Assembly: GCA_041287245.1 (NCBI GenBank)
Contig: JBEULP010000108.1
Span: forward strand, 27,860 to 91,859
Source of the DNA: Infirmifilum sp.
GTDB lineage: Archaea > Thermoproteota > Thermoprotei > Thermofilales > Thermofilaceae
Reading direction: 5' to 3'
Length of the DNA stretch: 64,000 nt
Numbering within the stretch: the stretch's first letter is position 1; each line of letters starts with the position of its first letter. Both the position numbers and the translations under genes were made by a program. This document shows, in pieces, positions 1 through 9,600 of the stretch. Under the pieces are notes generated by a model. The model made no database searches and had not been told where the DNA came from. It saw only the letters and a list, made by a program, of their open reading frames with translations.

Positions 1-2115
1 GACCTCGAGAAAAATGTCGAGCTCGCCTCTACTTCCTCTCAAAATGAACTAAAGGGTATTGTAAAAGCAGATTTTTCAACGCCGAGGAAAATGGGCTTAG
101 CAATCATGAACCCATCCACGGCGACTGCGGCCGTATCAGGTAGGTTTAATGTTACATTGTGTGGGGGTCCAGCCCTCGCCTGGTCAGTAGACCGCGAGAC
201 GAAAACCTCCAATACCGGGCTTGGAAGGGCGGCGCCGGTGGGAATAGTCGATATAGGCGTAGCGTTAGTCAACGGGACTTTTATAGCATACAGATATGAC
301 TTTCAGGGCGTCAAAGCCTTGATAAGCTTCTCGGACGACTTTAAGGCTCACAGTTATAATCTTCCAGAGTATACTACGGGAGCAAGTGTCCAGCTAAACC
401 TGAACCTGAAGGTGGTTACAAACAACAGGGATATACAGTTCTACTGGGTTCAGGAGGTTCTCGTGCTTGATGGCTCAGAGATGTACGTTAATATAAACAT
501 ATGGAACATTACTAGAGTGAGGAAAGACTCTACCTGTATACTCTCACCTCTAACCGAAAACACCGTTAGAGGCCACGGATCCATCAAATGGTACGACGGA
601 AGCAAGGGCGGCTGCGCTGGCCAAGTCTACGCCTACGCGGAGCCGCGAACCACGCCACTCGGAGACACAACTTTGGAGGTCTCTGCTGAAAAAATCGGGA
701 ATACTATAACCCTCAGCTTCTTCCGAGATCAAAACCTTGTTGACTATGTGACCATACTTCCAGCGGGAAGCGTTACGGATGCCAGCTTTACCGTAGAGCC
801 GATGCTCTGGGAGTGGAGCCCGATAGATGCAGAGCTGGTGTTCTCGGGAAAATCTAATATTTATCCTCTCGCCCTACTTGCATCCGGGCAGGTAATTCTC
901 AAGTTGAGCTATCTCCGAAACGGCGCATGGATTCCTCCGCTTGCAGCATGGTCAACAGGTGGAAATACGTATGAAGTGTCCGTTGCAAACGCCGTTATCC
1001 AGCAGGCGGGTATTGTAAAAGTCGTGCCTGGGAACCCCGATACACATCTACTCTGGGTGTCGCTAGTAGTCATAAAGACTCCACTCGGTGATATCTTCTC
1101 GCAGTCGCTGGACATCTCTGGTTTTATCAGAAAAGTCATCGACTTCCAAAATGGAACGCGGCTTGTTGAGCCCCAGGTATACGTTAATGGGAAACTATTC
1201 AATGGTACTAAGGTTTCCCCCGGAGATGTAGTCGAGATAAAATATACGAAACAACACCATCTCAGAATTAATCTTCCCACAGGTGTTCAGGAGCTCTGGG
1301 TTAACGACGGGACCAAGCTTCTCTCGATAATTCCCGAAGTGATACAACTGAATCCCAGTGAAAGATACATCCTCACTAAAGTTTATTTCGCCGGGATTGA
1401 AGTCAAACCCGATTCTGAGGTTCACGAGCCCGGTGAACTAGTGGGAATATACAGGAAACAATTCTTCATAACAGTGCTCTCTCTAAACACCACCTCCTTC
1501 TGGGCCGATGAAAATCTTTCCCTAGCAAGATTTGTCCGCGACGAGATAGAGTTAGGGAACAGGACTAGGCTTGTAAAGCCGAGAATAATATACAACGGAT
1601 CGCCCCTGGACACCCACGAGCCACGAGTAATAGGCCCAGGGGAATATGTTGTAGCTTATACAAGACAATACCTCTGCATGGTAACCACGCTTGAGGGGTC
1701 TTATGGAATATGGGTAGACTCGGGAAGCATTCTGCCGCTTCAACCTCCAGTTACATGCTTAAAGGGGGTTTGCTTTGTGCCGGTGGCATACATGGTTAAT
1801 AATCAAACCGTGGGAAGCCAAAGCCCACTTGTCAATTCTCCCCTTAATGTCCAAATATTATACGATGCTACTGCTAGCGTTGACGCTTCAAGCCTAGGAC
1901 TCCCAGCTCTCTATGCAACCGTTAGGCTTCAATGCGACTCGAGGACGGCTGAAACATCCTCTCTGCTAGCTTACAAGATAAGTGCTAGAATTTCAGGAGT
2001 CTCTACGCCAAACTGCATCGTAAATACGACAGTCCTGCCCCTTTGGCCGATACTATTAGCCTCCATAATTATCATAGTTATTTCATGGGCGTTTCACGAG
2101 AAAAGAAGCAAATAA
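1..2115 (+). CDS. Thermopsin-family (peptidase A5) membrane-anchored protease, 5' end outside the window
   Basis: The frame is open from base 1 (DLEKNVELAS...) into the 91..2115 ORF. It has thermopsin-like motifs ASVQLNLNL, YWVQEV, DAELVFSG and GGNTYE, repeated C-terminal Y-x-[KR]-Q-[YFH] modules and a terminal TM helix. Confidence 0.75.
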   Translation, partial: DLEKNVELASTSSQNELKGIVKADFSTPRKMGLAIMNPSTATAAVSGRFNVTLCGGPALAWSVDRETKTSNTGLGRAAPVGIVDIGVALVNGTFIAYRYDFQGVKALISFSDDFKAHSYNLPEYTTGASVQLNLNLKVVTNNRDIQFYWVQEVLVLDGSEMYVNINIWNITRVRKDSTCILSPLTENTVRGHGSIKWYDGSKGGCAGQVYAYAEPRTTPLGDTTLEVSAEKIGNTITLSFFRDQNLVDYVTILPAGSVTDASFTVEPMLWEWSPIDAELVFSGKSNIYPLALLASGQVILKLSYLRNGAWIPPLAAWSTGGNTYEVSVANAVIQQAGIVKVVPGNPDTHLLWVSLVVIKTPLGDIFSQSLDISGFIRKVIDFQNGTRLVEPQVYVNGKLFNGTKVSPGDVVEIKYTKQHHLRINLPTGVQELWVNDGTKLLSIIPEVIQLNPSERYILTKVYFAGIEVKPDSEVHEPGELVGIYRKQFFITVLSLNTTSFWADENLSLARFVRDEIELGNRTRLVKPRIIYNGSPLDTHEPRVIGPGEYVVAYTRQYLCMVTTLEGSYGIWVDSGSILPLQPPVTCLKGVCFVPVAYMVNNQTVGSQSPLVNSPLNVQILYDATASVDASSLGLPALYATVRLQCDSRTAETSSLLAYKISARISGVSTPNCIVNTTVLPLWPILLASIIIIVISWAFHEKRSK

Positions 2116-2192
2116 TATGCTGCTTACTAATTTTTTCAGAAATCTAACCGATGGTTTTATAAAATAATACAATATACTTCAATTGATCAACA

Positions 2193-2270
2193 ATGCCGTG
2201 CAAGAGCAAAGGGAAAGGAAAGAAGAAAGAAAGTGAGACTAAGGAAGAAAAGAAAGAGGCTTCTAAATAG
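2193..2270 (+). CDS. Putative 25-aa Lys/Glu-rich small protein (MPCKSKGKGKKKESETKEEKKEASK)
   Basis: ATG at 2193 and TAG at 2268-2270, with a TATA-like TTTTATAAAA about 30 nt upstream. It is below the ORF-track cutoff and fills an otherwise empty intergenic gap. Confidence 0.4.
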   Translation: MPCKSKGKGKKKESETKEEKKEASK

Positions 2271-2293
2271 GTGTCTCTTAAAAAAGAGTTTCT

Positions 2294-2767
2294 TTACCCT
2301 CCAGGAGTTCCATGAAACGGGACTTCTTTCCACAACATTTCCCAAATCTCTGACTCTTTGATCACTTCTCTTTTAACAATTATTTCGAGGATGTTAACTA
2401 GAAGTTTGTGGTGTTTTACCTCATCGTCGAAAATATATTTAAATATGTTCTCTACGCGAGGATCGCTCACGTTTCCCAGAAGCTCTTTAAGCTCTCTAAT
2501 CATCTCCTCCTCAATCCGAATGTGCGTCTCAACAATCCCCTTGAGCTTATCAAAGTCTTCTTCGCTTATAGCTGGGGAAATATTTGTCAGGATATTAAGT
2601 ATACCCTTGTACATCTCAGCATGCTTTCTCGAGTCGAAAGCTATGCTGCCCAGGATTGTCCTTATAACCTCGCTTTTTAAACCGGTGACGCCTTTTTCTA
2701 GCTCCTCAGCATTTCTCAGCTCGAGTCTTATGCTCTTCTCAAGGCTTGGGATGCTTATTTTACTCAT
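2294..2767 (-). CDS. Ferritin-like/rubrerythrin-family four-helix protein
   Basis: Duplicated E...(D/E)xxH diiron-type motifs (LELRN...DSRKH; IEEEM...DEVKH). Confidence 0.7.
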   Translation of the reverse strand: MSKISIPSLEKSIRLELRNAEELEKGVTGLKSEVIRTILGSIAFDSRKHAEMYKGILNILTNISPAISEEDFDKLKGIVETHIRIEEEMIRELKELLGNVSDPRVENIFKYIFDDEVKHHKLLVNILEIIVKREVIKESEIWEMLWKEVPFHGTPGG

Positions 2768-2807
2768 CAAGAATAAAACCTCTAGCCTTTAATAAAGTAT
2801 TATGTTT

Positions 2808-3419
2808 TCACTGTTTAGGAGCTTCTCCTGCTCTAACAGCTTGAGTATTAGCTTCGATAAACAGTACTAGCCAGGTTATCGGTGCGAATAAGGGTATGAG
2901 GGCTGAAATGATGCTAAAAGCTCCAGCCAGGGTAAACGTCGAGGAGTTAAGGTAGGTTCCAAGCTTAATTACTATAGTGCCGAGACCCACATAACCCAAG
3001 AGCAGTGATAGATAAGACAAGACTAAGGCTATAGCTCGCCCCGGGAGTGTTAGAGGTAAAAGTATACTGGATATTCCTAGCAATATAAGGCCCGCGGCAA
3101 GCCCCCAGACGGCCAGGGGAGAAACACCTTTAATATCCCCCTTCCATTGGCCGAGAAGGTCTAACCCTTTGGAGAGCTTTGCTAGCACTGCGTAGAGCCC
3201 TAATCCTACCCCTGCCAGGGCTATAGCCACTGCAATAATAGCTACAAATGGGTGTGACATGCGTGGGTAATTCACGTATAGTCTCGGAGGCATTATTAAG
3301 GTATACACCCGTAGAAAAGGCATGAGCAAAATGTCAATGCCTGTAACTATGTAGGCTACAAGCATAATTATCGACGCTGAAGAGAGCATTTTTAAACCGT
3401 TTTCAAACTCTTTTTCCAT
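2808..3419 (-). CDS. Multi-pass membrane protein (DUF973/DUF996-like)
   Basis: About five hydrophobic helices. The ATG at 3419 (MEKEF...) is preferred over the upstream GTG. Confidence 0.55.
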   Translation of the reverse strand: MEKEFENGLKMLSSASIIMLVAYIVTGIDILLMPFLRVYTLIMPPRLYVNYPRMSHPFVAIIAVAIALAGVGLGLYAVLAKLSKGLDLLGQWKGDIKGVSPLAVWGLAAGLILLGISSILLPLTLPGRAIALVLSYLSLLLGYVGLGTIVIKLGTYLNSSTFTLAGAFSIISALIPLFAPITWLVLFIEANTQAVRAGEAPKQ

Positions 3420-3572
3420 ATGTTTCCCGGGGGTACGCACGGGGAAAAAGCTAATAAGAGTTATGTACTTGAAGTCCACTCAACAGCGAATAACACAATA
3501 GTATAGCTGGGAAATCCCGGGCAAACATATTTAGAGAAACAGTTATTGCCTAGTAGAGCTTACTGGGTTGCT

Positions 3573-4949
3573 ATGACAAGAGTTAAAATAGCGGTTATAG
3601 GCGCGGGGAGCATAGCTTGGAGCTCCAAGATAATCCATGACCTTCTTCACACTCCAACCCTTTTAGGCAGCGAGGTCCACCTTGTCGACATTGATAACGA
3701 TCGGCTGAAGATGGTGAAAGGCTTTGCTAGCAGGTATGCCTCAGAGCTAGGCGCAGACTATAAGTTTTTTGCCACGACGGATAGGCGTCAGGCAATTCGC
3801 GACGCGGACTTTGTCGTAAACACAGCTATGTATGGGGGCCACGGATACTACGAGAAGATGCGGGAGTTGTCTGAAAAGCACGGTTACTACAGGGGTGTGA
3901 ACAGCACCGAGTGGAACATGGTGAGCGACTATCACACAATCTGGGGATACTATCAATTTAAACTCGCCTTCGATATAGCAAAGGATGTTGAACAGTATGC
4001 GCCGGATGCCTGGCTCCTCCAGCTTGCTAACCCTGTTTTCGAGCTCACAACTCTCATCTCAAGGGAAACAAAGGTGAAAACAATCGGGCTTTGCCACGGG
4101 CACCTAGGATACAAGGAGATTGCAAGACACCTCGGCTTCAACCCCGAGGAGGTGGAGGCTGAGGTTATAGGCTTCAACCATGTTGTCTGGCTGACTAAAC
4201 TCGCCTTCAGGGGGAGAAACCTCTACCCACTTATCGACGAGTGGATCCAGAGGCAATCAGAATCCTACTGGAGACAATGGAGGCAAAACCAGAGAGATCC
4301 CTTCGACATACAGATGAGCCCAGCCGCTGTCGACATGTACAGGCGCTACGGCTTGTTTCCTGTCGGAGACACTGTAAGGGGTGGTACGTGGGTGTACCAC
4401 TGGGACCTCAAAACAAAGCAGTATTGGTACGGGCCGACGGGAGGGCCGGACAGCGAGATCGGCTGGATGCTATACCTGGGGCACCACTGGTGGTACAGCG
4501 GCTTCCTTGAAAAGTTGATCTCTGATCCACGAGTTTCCATATCTAGCTTTTTCCCTCCAACCCGCACAGAAGAGTCTCTTATCCCGCTGATAAGCTCCAT
4601 CGCCAACGACGAGCCCGCTGTTTACCAGGTAAACGTGTTAAACAACGGTGCTTTAAACGGGATACCTGATAACGTGGCTGTCGAGATTCCCGCGGAAGTT
4701 TCTAGCAAGGGGGTAAGGAGGCCAGGGGGTTTAGCTCTACCCGGCAGAATACTCAAGGCGGTTTTATGGCCGCGCATGTTGAGGATGGAAATGGCTGTTA
4801 CGGCTTTTCTTGAAGGCGGTAAACAGCTGTTGATTGACTGGCTTATGCTTGATCCAAGAACTAAATCGGAGAGGCAGGCTGAGGAGGCTTGGGATGAGAT
4901 ACTCTCAATGCCTGAGAACGAGGAGATGAAGCGACACTATAGAGGGTAG
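3573..4949 (+). CDS. GH4 NAD+/Mn2+-dependent alpha-glucosidase (Thermotoga AglA-like)
   Basis: KIAVIGAGS Rossmann motif, ANPVFE, GLCHGH, GFNH, SPAAVDMY...GDTVR and GGPDSEIGW, all characteristic of AglA-type GH4. Confidence 0.9.
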   Translation: MTRVKIAVIGAGSIAWSSKIIHDLLHTPTLLGSEVHLVDIDNDRLKMVKGFASRYASELGADYKFFATTDRRQAIRDADFVVNTAMYGGHGYYEKMRELSEKHGYYRGVNSTEWNMVSDYHTIWGYYQFKLAFDIAKDVEQYAPDAWLLQLANPVFELTTLISRETKVKTIGLCHGHLGYKEIARHLGFNPEEVEAEVIGFNHVVWLTKLAFRGRNLYPLIDEWIQRQSESYWRQWRQNQRDPFDIQMSPAAVDMYRRYGLFPVGDTVRGGTWVYHWDLKTKQYWYGPTGGPDSEIGWMLYLGHHWWYSGFLEKLISDPRVSISSFFPPTRTEESLIPLISSIANDEPAVYQVNVLNNGALNGIPDNVAVEIPAEVSSKGVRRPGGLALPGRILKAVLWPRMLRMEMAVTAFLEGGKQLLIDWLMLDPRTKSERQAEEAWDEILSMPENEEMKRHYRG

Positions 4950-5072
4950 AAGTTTTCTCTTTTGCCCTGTTTCTTCTTATATGTAATTTTATATATAGTT
5001 AGAGATTTCTGCGAAAACAGGTAAGATTGTCTCGTGCATGGTTCTCGAAGAGGATGCGATCGAGGATTCCTA

Positions 5073-5097
5073 CTTTCAATTCATTCTCTTCGGATAC
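5073..5097 (-). CRISPR. Solitary CRISPR repeat variant GTATCCGAAGAGAATGAATTGAAAG
   Basis: The reverse complement matches the 18934/18998 repeat at 23 of 25 positions and ends in ATTGAAAG. An AT-rich leader-like stretch lies 5' on the minus strand. No second repeat is visible nearby. Confidence 0.7.
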
Positions 5098-5424
5098 TGT
5101 TACTCTCTAGTTTGGAGTTATTTATTTTTACTAGTAATTTGCGCGCGAGATTTGGTATGGTATAAAGGTGTGCGGTGAAATTCCCGTGTATTGTTCTTTT
5201 TCCTTTATGGAATCCGCTTAAAGGTATCGGAAAATCACGATTCTCAGTGTTAAACTCTAAACAGAGAAAAGGATGTTCAGATGGCTTTATGTTTCTCCAG
5301 ATGTCGTGAGGACAAATTCCTCTTATAAAGAAGGGAGAATATAAGTGAAAAAGAAGTATAAATTAATAAGACCAAACACTTAAATAGAGAAATGCTAAGA
5401 TAATAATCACTAAAGGGGAAAAAC

Positions 5425-6630
5425 ATGGTGAAAAAGGATTTTAAGCTACTTGTTAGCTTTCTCCTAGCGCTTACACTAACCCTTACATTCCTACCCATCG
5501 TTAAAGCAGAAAACCCCACGATTTCGGTTCAAGACCCCACTGGGGATGATAAGGGTCCCGGTTTCTACGGGTACCCAACAAACGATGTTTTCAAACCCGG
5601 CGTATTCGATATAACTGGATTTAGCGTCACTGTTACTAACACTAGCTTAACATTCAAGGTCGACCTGAAGGATCTCGGAGGTAACCCATGGGGAGGGAAA
5701 AACGGTTTCTGTCTCCAACAGGTTCACATTTACCTTCACACCGACGCCCCTGCCAATGTCCCGGCGCGTGCCAGCGCGATCGGCCTTAACTTGAACTTTG
5801 ACCCCTCATGGGCCTGGCACTATGCTATTCTAGCCGGTCCTTGCTGGGAGACTCCTCCGCAGCCGCTTCCCACGGGGCAGTGCGCAGTTCTATACAGGCC
5901 TTTCGACGAGGTTGTGCAGGACGATCAACTAAAGGTTAGTGTTCAAGGAAACTCAATAATTATAACTGTGGACAGGAAGCTCTTCGAGTACGGCGACCCA
6001 GCCAACATAAAGAACTGGAGGATCCTTGTTGCAGTGACGAGCCACGATGGTTTCGGGCCTATGAAGATAAGGGGTGTCGGGCTCAGCAAGGGCGAGTGGA
6101 ACATCTGGGGTACGGCTACCGCAAATGACACGCAAAAGGTTCTGATCGCCAAAGCTATTCAGTTCGGGATAGAACCAAGGGTGTTAGATATAGCGGTGTA
6201 TTCACCAGAGTACCCCAACGGGATCACGGCAGACCAGCAATACGCGTGGCTAAGTAGTATAGACGTCAATGCTAAGCAGCCCGCTACCATCCCGCCCCTC
6301 GCAACAGCCCAGCTTAAAGCTCTCGTTCAGGAAAGGGACAGCTTAAAGTCACAGGTCTCCAACCTTCAGAGCCAGATTCAGAGCCTCCAAGGGCAAATTC
6401 AGAGCCTTCAGAGCCAGATTCAAAACCTCCAGTCCCAGAACAGCGGCCTACAAAGCCAGGTCAAGTCACTGCAGGATCAGAACTCCAAGCTTTCCAGTGA
6501 GCTAGAGGCCCTTAGGGCGTCAACAATGGATACTACGACAGCCATAGTGTTGGCCCTTGTACTCCTTATCGTGGGAGCTGTAGTTGGGTACTTCCTAGGC
6601 TCGAAGAAGAAGCCCAAGACTAGCTCTTAA
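5425..6630 (+). CDS. Surface protein: glucodextranase-type DOMON-like carbohydrate-binding domain, heptad coiled-coil stalk and C-terminal TM anchor
   Basis: Signal peptide; DPTGDDKGPGFYGYPT...FDI motif; (QSQIQSL)-type heptads; TM helix followed by a Lys-rich tail. Confidence 0.8.
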   Translation: MVKKDFKLLVSFLLALTLTLTFLPIVKAENPTISVQDPTGDDKGPGFYGYPTNDVFKPGVFDITGFSVTVTNTSLTFKVDLKDLGGNPWGGKNGFCLQQVHIYLHTDAPANVPARASAIGLNLNFDPSWAWHYAILAGPCWETPPQPLPTGQCAVLYRPFDEVVQDDQLKVSVQGNSIIITVDRKLFEYGDPANIKNWRILVAVTSHDGFGPMKIRGVGLSKGEWNIWGTATANDTQKVLIAKAIQFGIEPRVLDIAVYSPEYPNGITADQQYAWLSSIDVNAKQPATIPPLATAQLKALVQERDSLKSQVSNLQSQIQSLQGQIQSLQSQIQNLQSQNSGLQSQVKSLQDQNSKLSSELEALRASTMDTTTAIVLALVLLIVGAVVGYFLGSKKKPKTSS

Positions 6631-6664
6631 AAAAGATTTTTTTCATTGTGTGAGGTGAGCTAGG

Positions 6665-9600
6665 TTGTCTCTACATAAAAATATTGTGGGTGTCTTTCTC
6701 CTCCTAGTTCTAATAACGACCGTTCTCACCCCTGTGCTAGCCCAGCAGCAGAGTAACCCTCTCTACGTAGCCTTCATCTGGCACTACCACCAGCCCTGGT
6801 ACTACGACGTCTCAGGCTCTTACTTTATCCTCCCATGGACTAGAATGCATACTGTGGGGAACTACTATAAAATGGCCTATATACTCTCAAAATATCCGAA
6901 CATCAAGGTCACGTTTACATTCTCCGGCTCTCTAATACAACAGATAATAGATTACAACAACGGGGTGAAGGACTACAGGCAAATGCTGTCTGAAAAGATA
7001 GCCCAAGGGCAAAGCCTGACTGTTGACGAGAAGTTCGCAATGCTGAGCATTCCGAACGGGTTCTTCGACGTAAACTGGAACCGTATAGTTAACGTGGTTC
7101 CAAGGTTCCGCGAATTAAGGGACAAGGCGCAGAGCGCTCTAAGCCGGTATGTCTCCCTTCCTGAGAGAGAGTTTAAGACGCGCGTCGTGGCGGAGTTCTC
7201 AGACCAGGATTTCCTGGACCTAGCCGTTCTATTCAACCTTTTCTGGATAGACCCCGAGGTTCTCCGTGAACAGTACCCGGATGTGTACCAGCTGAGACAG
7301 CAGGCGGTTAACGGTGCTAGTGGTTTTACAAGGCAACAGCTTCAAATGGTTCTAAACGTGCATAAGGATCTACTCGCGAAGGTCCTACCCTTTTACGCTA
7401 ACCTAGCTAGAAAAGCCCAGATCGAGCTTATACCAGTACCTTACAGCCACCCCCTCGCGCCCATCCTAGCCGACTTCGGCCTTATAGATGACGTCAAGCT
7501 TCACGTGTCCCTGAGCACAAGCCTCTTCCAGAAAGTGTTCGGATACAAGCCTGTGGGCATATGGCCCGCGGAGCAGGCTGTCAACGGCTTAGTCCTATCG
7601 GTCTTCGCCGGCGAAGGTTACACGTGGACTGTGACTGATGGGACGCTGCTCGGCAAGGCCGGTCTCAACCCCTCCGACCCCTCTGTGGGCATGAAGGCAT
7701 GGTATGCTACGCCCAACGGGAGCAAAATCTATGTCTTCTTCAGGAACACTGAGCTCAGCAACCTTATAAGCTTCCAGTACAGCAATCAAGACCCCAGGCA
7801 GGCGGCGCAGGATCTCTTAAACAGGCTTCTCAACATGGCGAAGCAGAGCGACGGCACCAATATCGTTGTAATTGCTCTCGACGGTGAGAACCCGTGGGAA
7901 AACTACCAGGAGTTTGGCGACACCTTCCTCGAGTCTCTCTACTCAGGTCTCAGCGACCTCCAATCCAAGGGTCTGATTATCACCATAACTCCCCAGGAAT
8001 ACCTCTCAAAGCTGTCACACTCCGCCCGCGAGCTTCCTCTCAAAACATACCGATACCTTGATCTGGCCGGCAGGGACATCTCCGACATACCTCTAAACCC
8101 TACAGACGACGCTTATTCAATCCTGCCCCGTAGAAATGTAACCTCCCAGATACCTGAGGGTTCCTGGGCCGGCGGAGAGCTGACAATTTGGATAGGACAG
8201 AGACAAGAAAACGCCGCGTGGATGCTGCTCATAAAGACCCGACAAGACGTGCTGAGAGCGCTAGGTGTAAAAAGCCTCAAGGAGGCCCTTACGGTTAACC
8301 CGAAAGCCACAGAGGACATTCTAAGAGCAGAGGCTAGTGACTGGACATGGTGGTACGGAGGCGACGGAGGGGGAACCTTCCCTGCAAACCCACTCTACAA
8401 GGGTTATCTCACGAGAGCCTACATCGATGCGGGCCTAACTCCCCCGGACTACCTTGTTGCCCAATTCAACCCTGACGCAACCCCAGCAGGGGTTCTAAAT
8501 ACCAATTATCCCAAGCCGCCTACCACCGAGCCTTCACTAGACGGCAAGTTTAAGACTGGAGAGTGGGCTGGCGCGCTCAACGCCTCCTTGGGTGACAAGC
8601 TTTTCACAAACATTCTAGTGTGGCCTTCTAGCCGAGGGTTGTACATCGCTGCTATCCCCACCTCAAAGGCAACTCTAGGAGACCCAAGCGTCGCAATAGC
8701 CATTTACACGACTTCGAACATACGAAGCGTCAGCCCCTACCACCCTGGCTTTAACTCCTACCCAAGATACTCGAAGACCGACATTGGAATGGGGCTCTTC
8801 TACGAGATACTAATATACCCGGCGAACAAGAGCATGGTTATCAGCGCAGCAGACGGCAACGAAAAATGGACCCCGCTCTTCTACATGAACGCGGCTGTCG
8901 ACGATGTTATCGAGGTTTTCGTACCCTGGACCAGTATCGGCCTCTCCCAAGGGGAGCTGTTCTATCTCACCGCAGCCTCCTACAAGAGCCTCTCCCTTCA
9001 AGACACAGCCTCCAGGCTTGGCTCGGTTTACCAGCTGGTAGTTCCAAGGGCTACTGCTCTAGGCGCGGGAGCAAAGGTGGTCTTCGACATGAATGACCCG
9101 ACAGGCGACGATGACGGTGCCGGTGGATACAAGTATCCAAAAGCAGACGTGTTTGTCCCAGGGGTGTTCGACCTCACACGCTTCAGAGTTGTAGACCAGG
9201 GTTCAACCTTAAGGTTCGAAGTATATGTCAAGGATCTTGGAGGTAACCCATGGGGAGGCCCCAACGGCTTCTGCCTTCAATATCCTCATATCTACATTCA
9301 CACTACAAGCAAGATGCCAGGACGCACAGACACCTTCGGCTTGAACGTGAATCTTACAGCGGACTCAGCTTGGCATATTGCCATACTACTGGCACCCGGG
9401 TGGGGCTCAGATCCAGTCCCCAACGGCGAGAAGTCCGCAATATACTTCGCCGATGGCTCAGTAATAGTGCAGGACGACAAGTTCAAGGTATACGCGGATC
9501 CGGCGACCAATTCCATAGTAGCCGAAGTCGCGAAGGACGTCTTGCCGGACGCTGATAACGCTAGTAAATGGGTCTACACGGTAGCCGTCACAAGCTTCGA

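Noticed and set aside
5404..5421. AATCAC-N5-GGGAAA as a TrmB/TGM-like operator
   Set aside because: The right half is poor, and no matching copy was found at the other sugar promoters.
6350..6490. CAGAGCC-rich 21-nt periodic DNA
   Set aside because: Explained by the heptad coiled coil of the DOMON protein.
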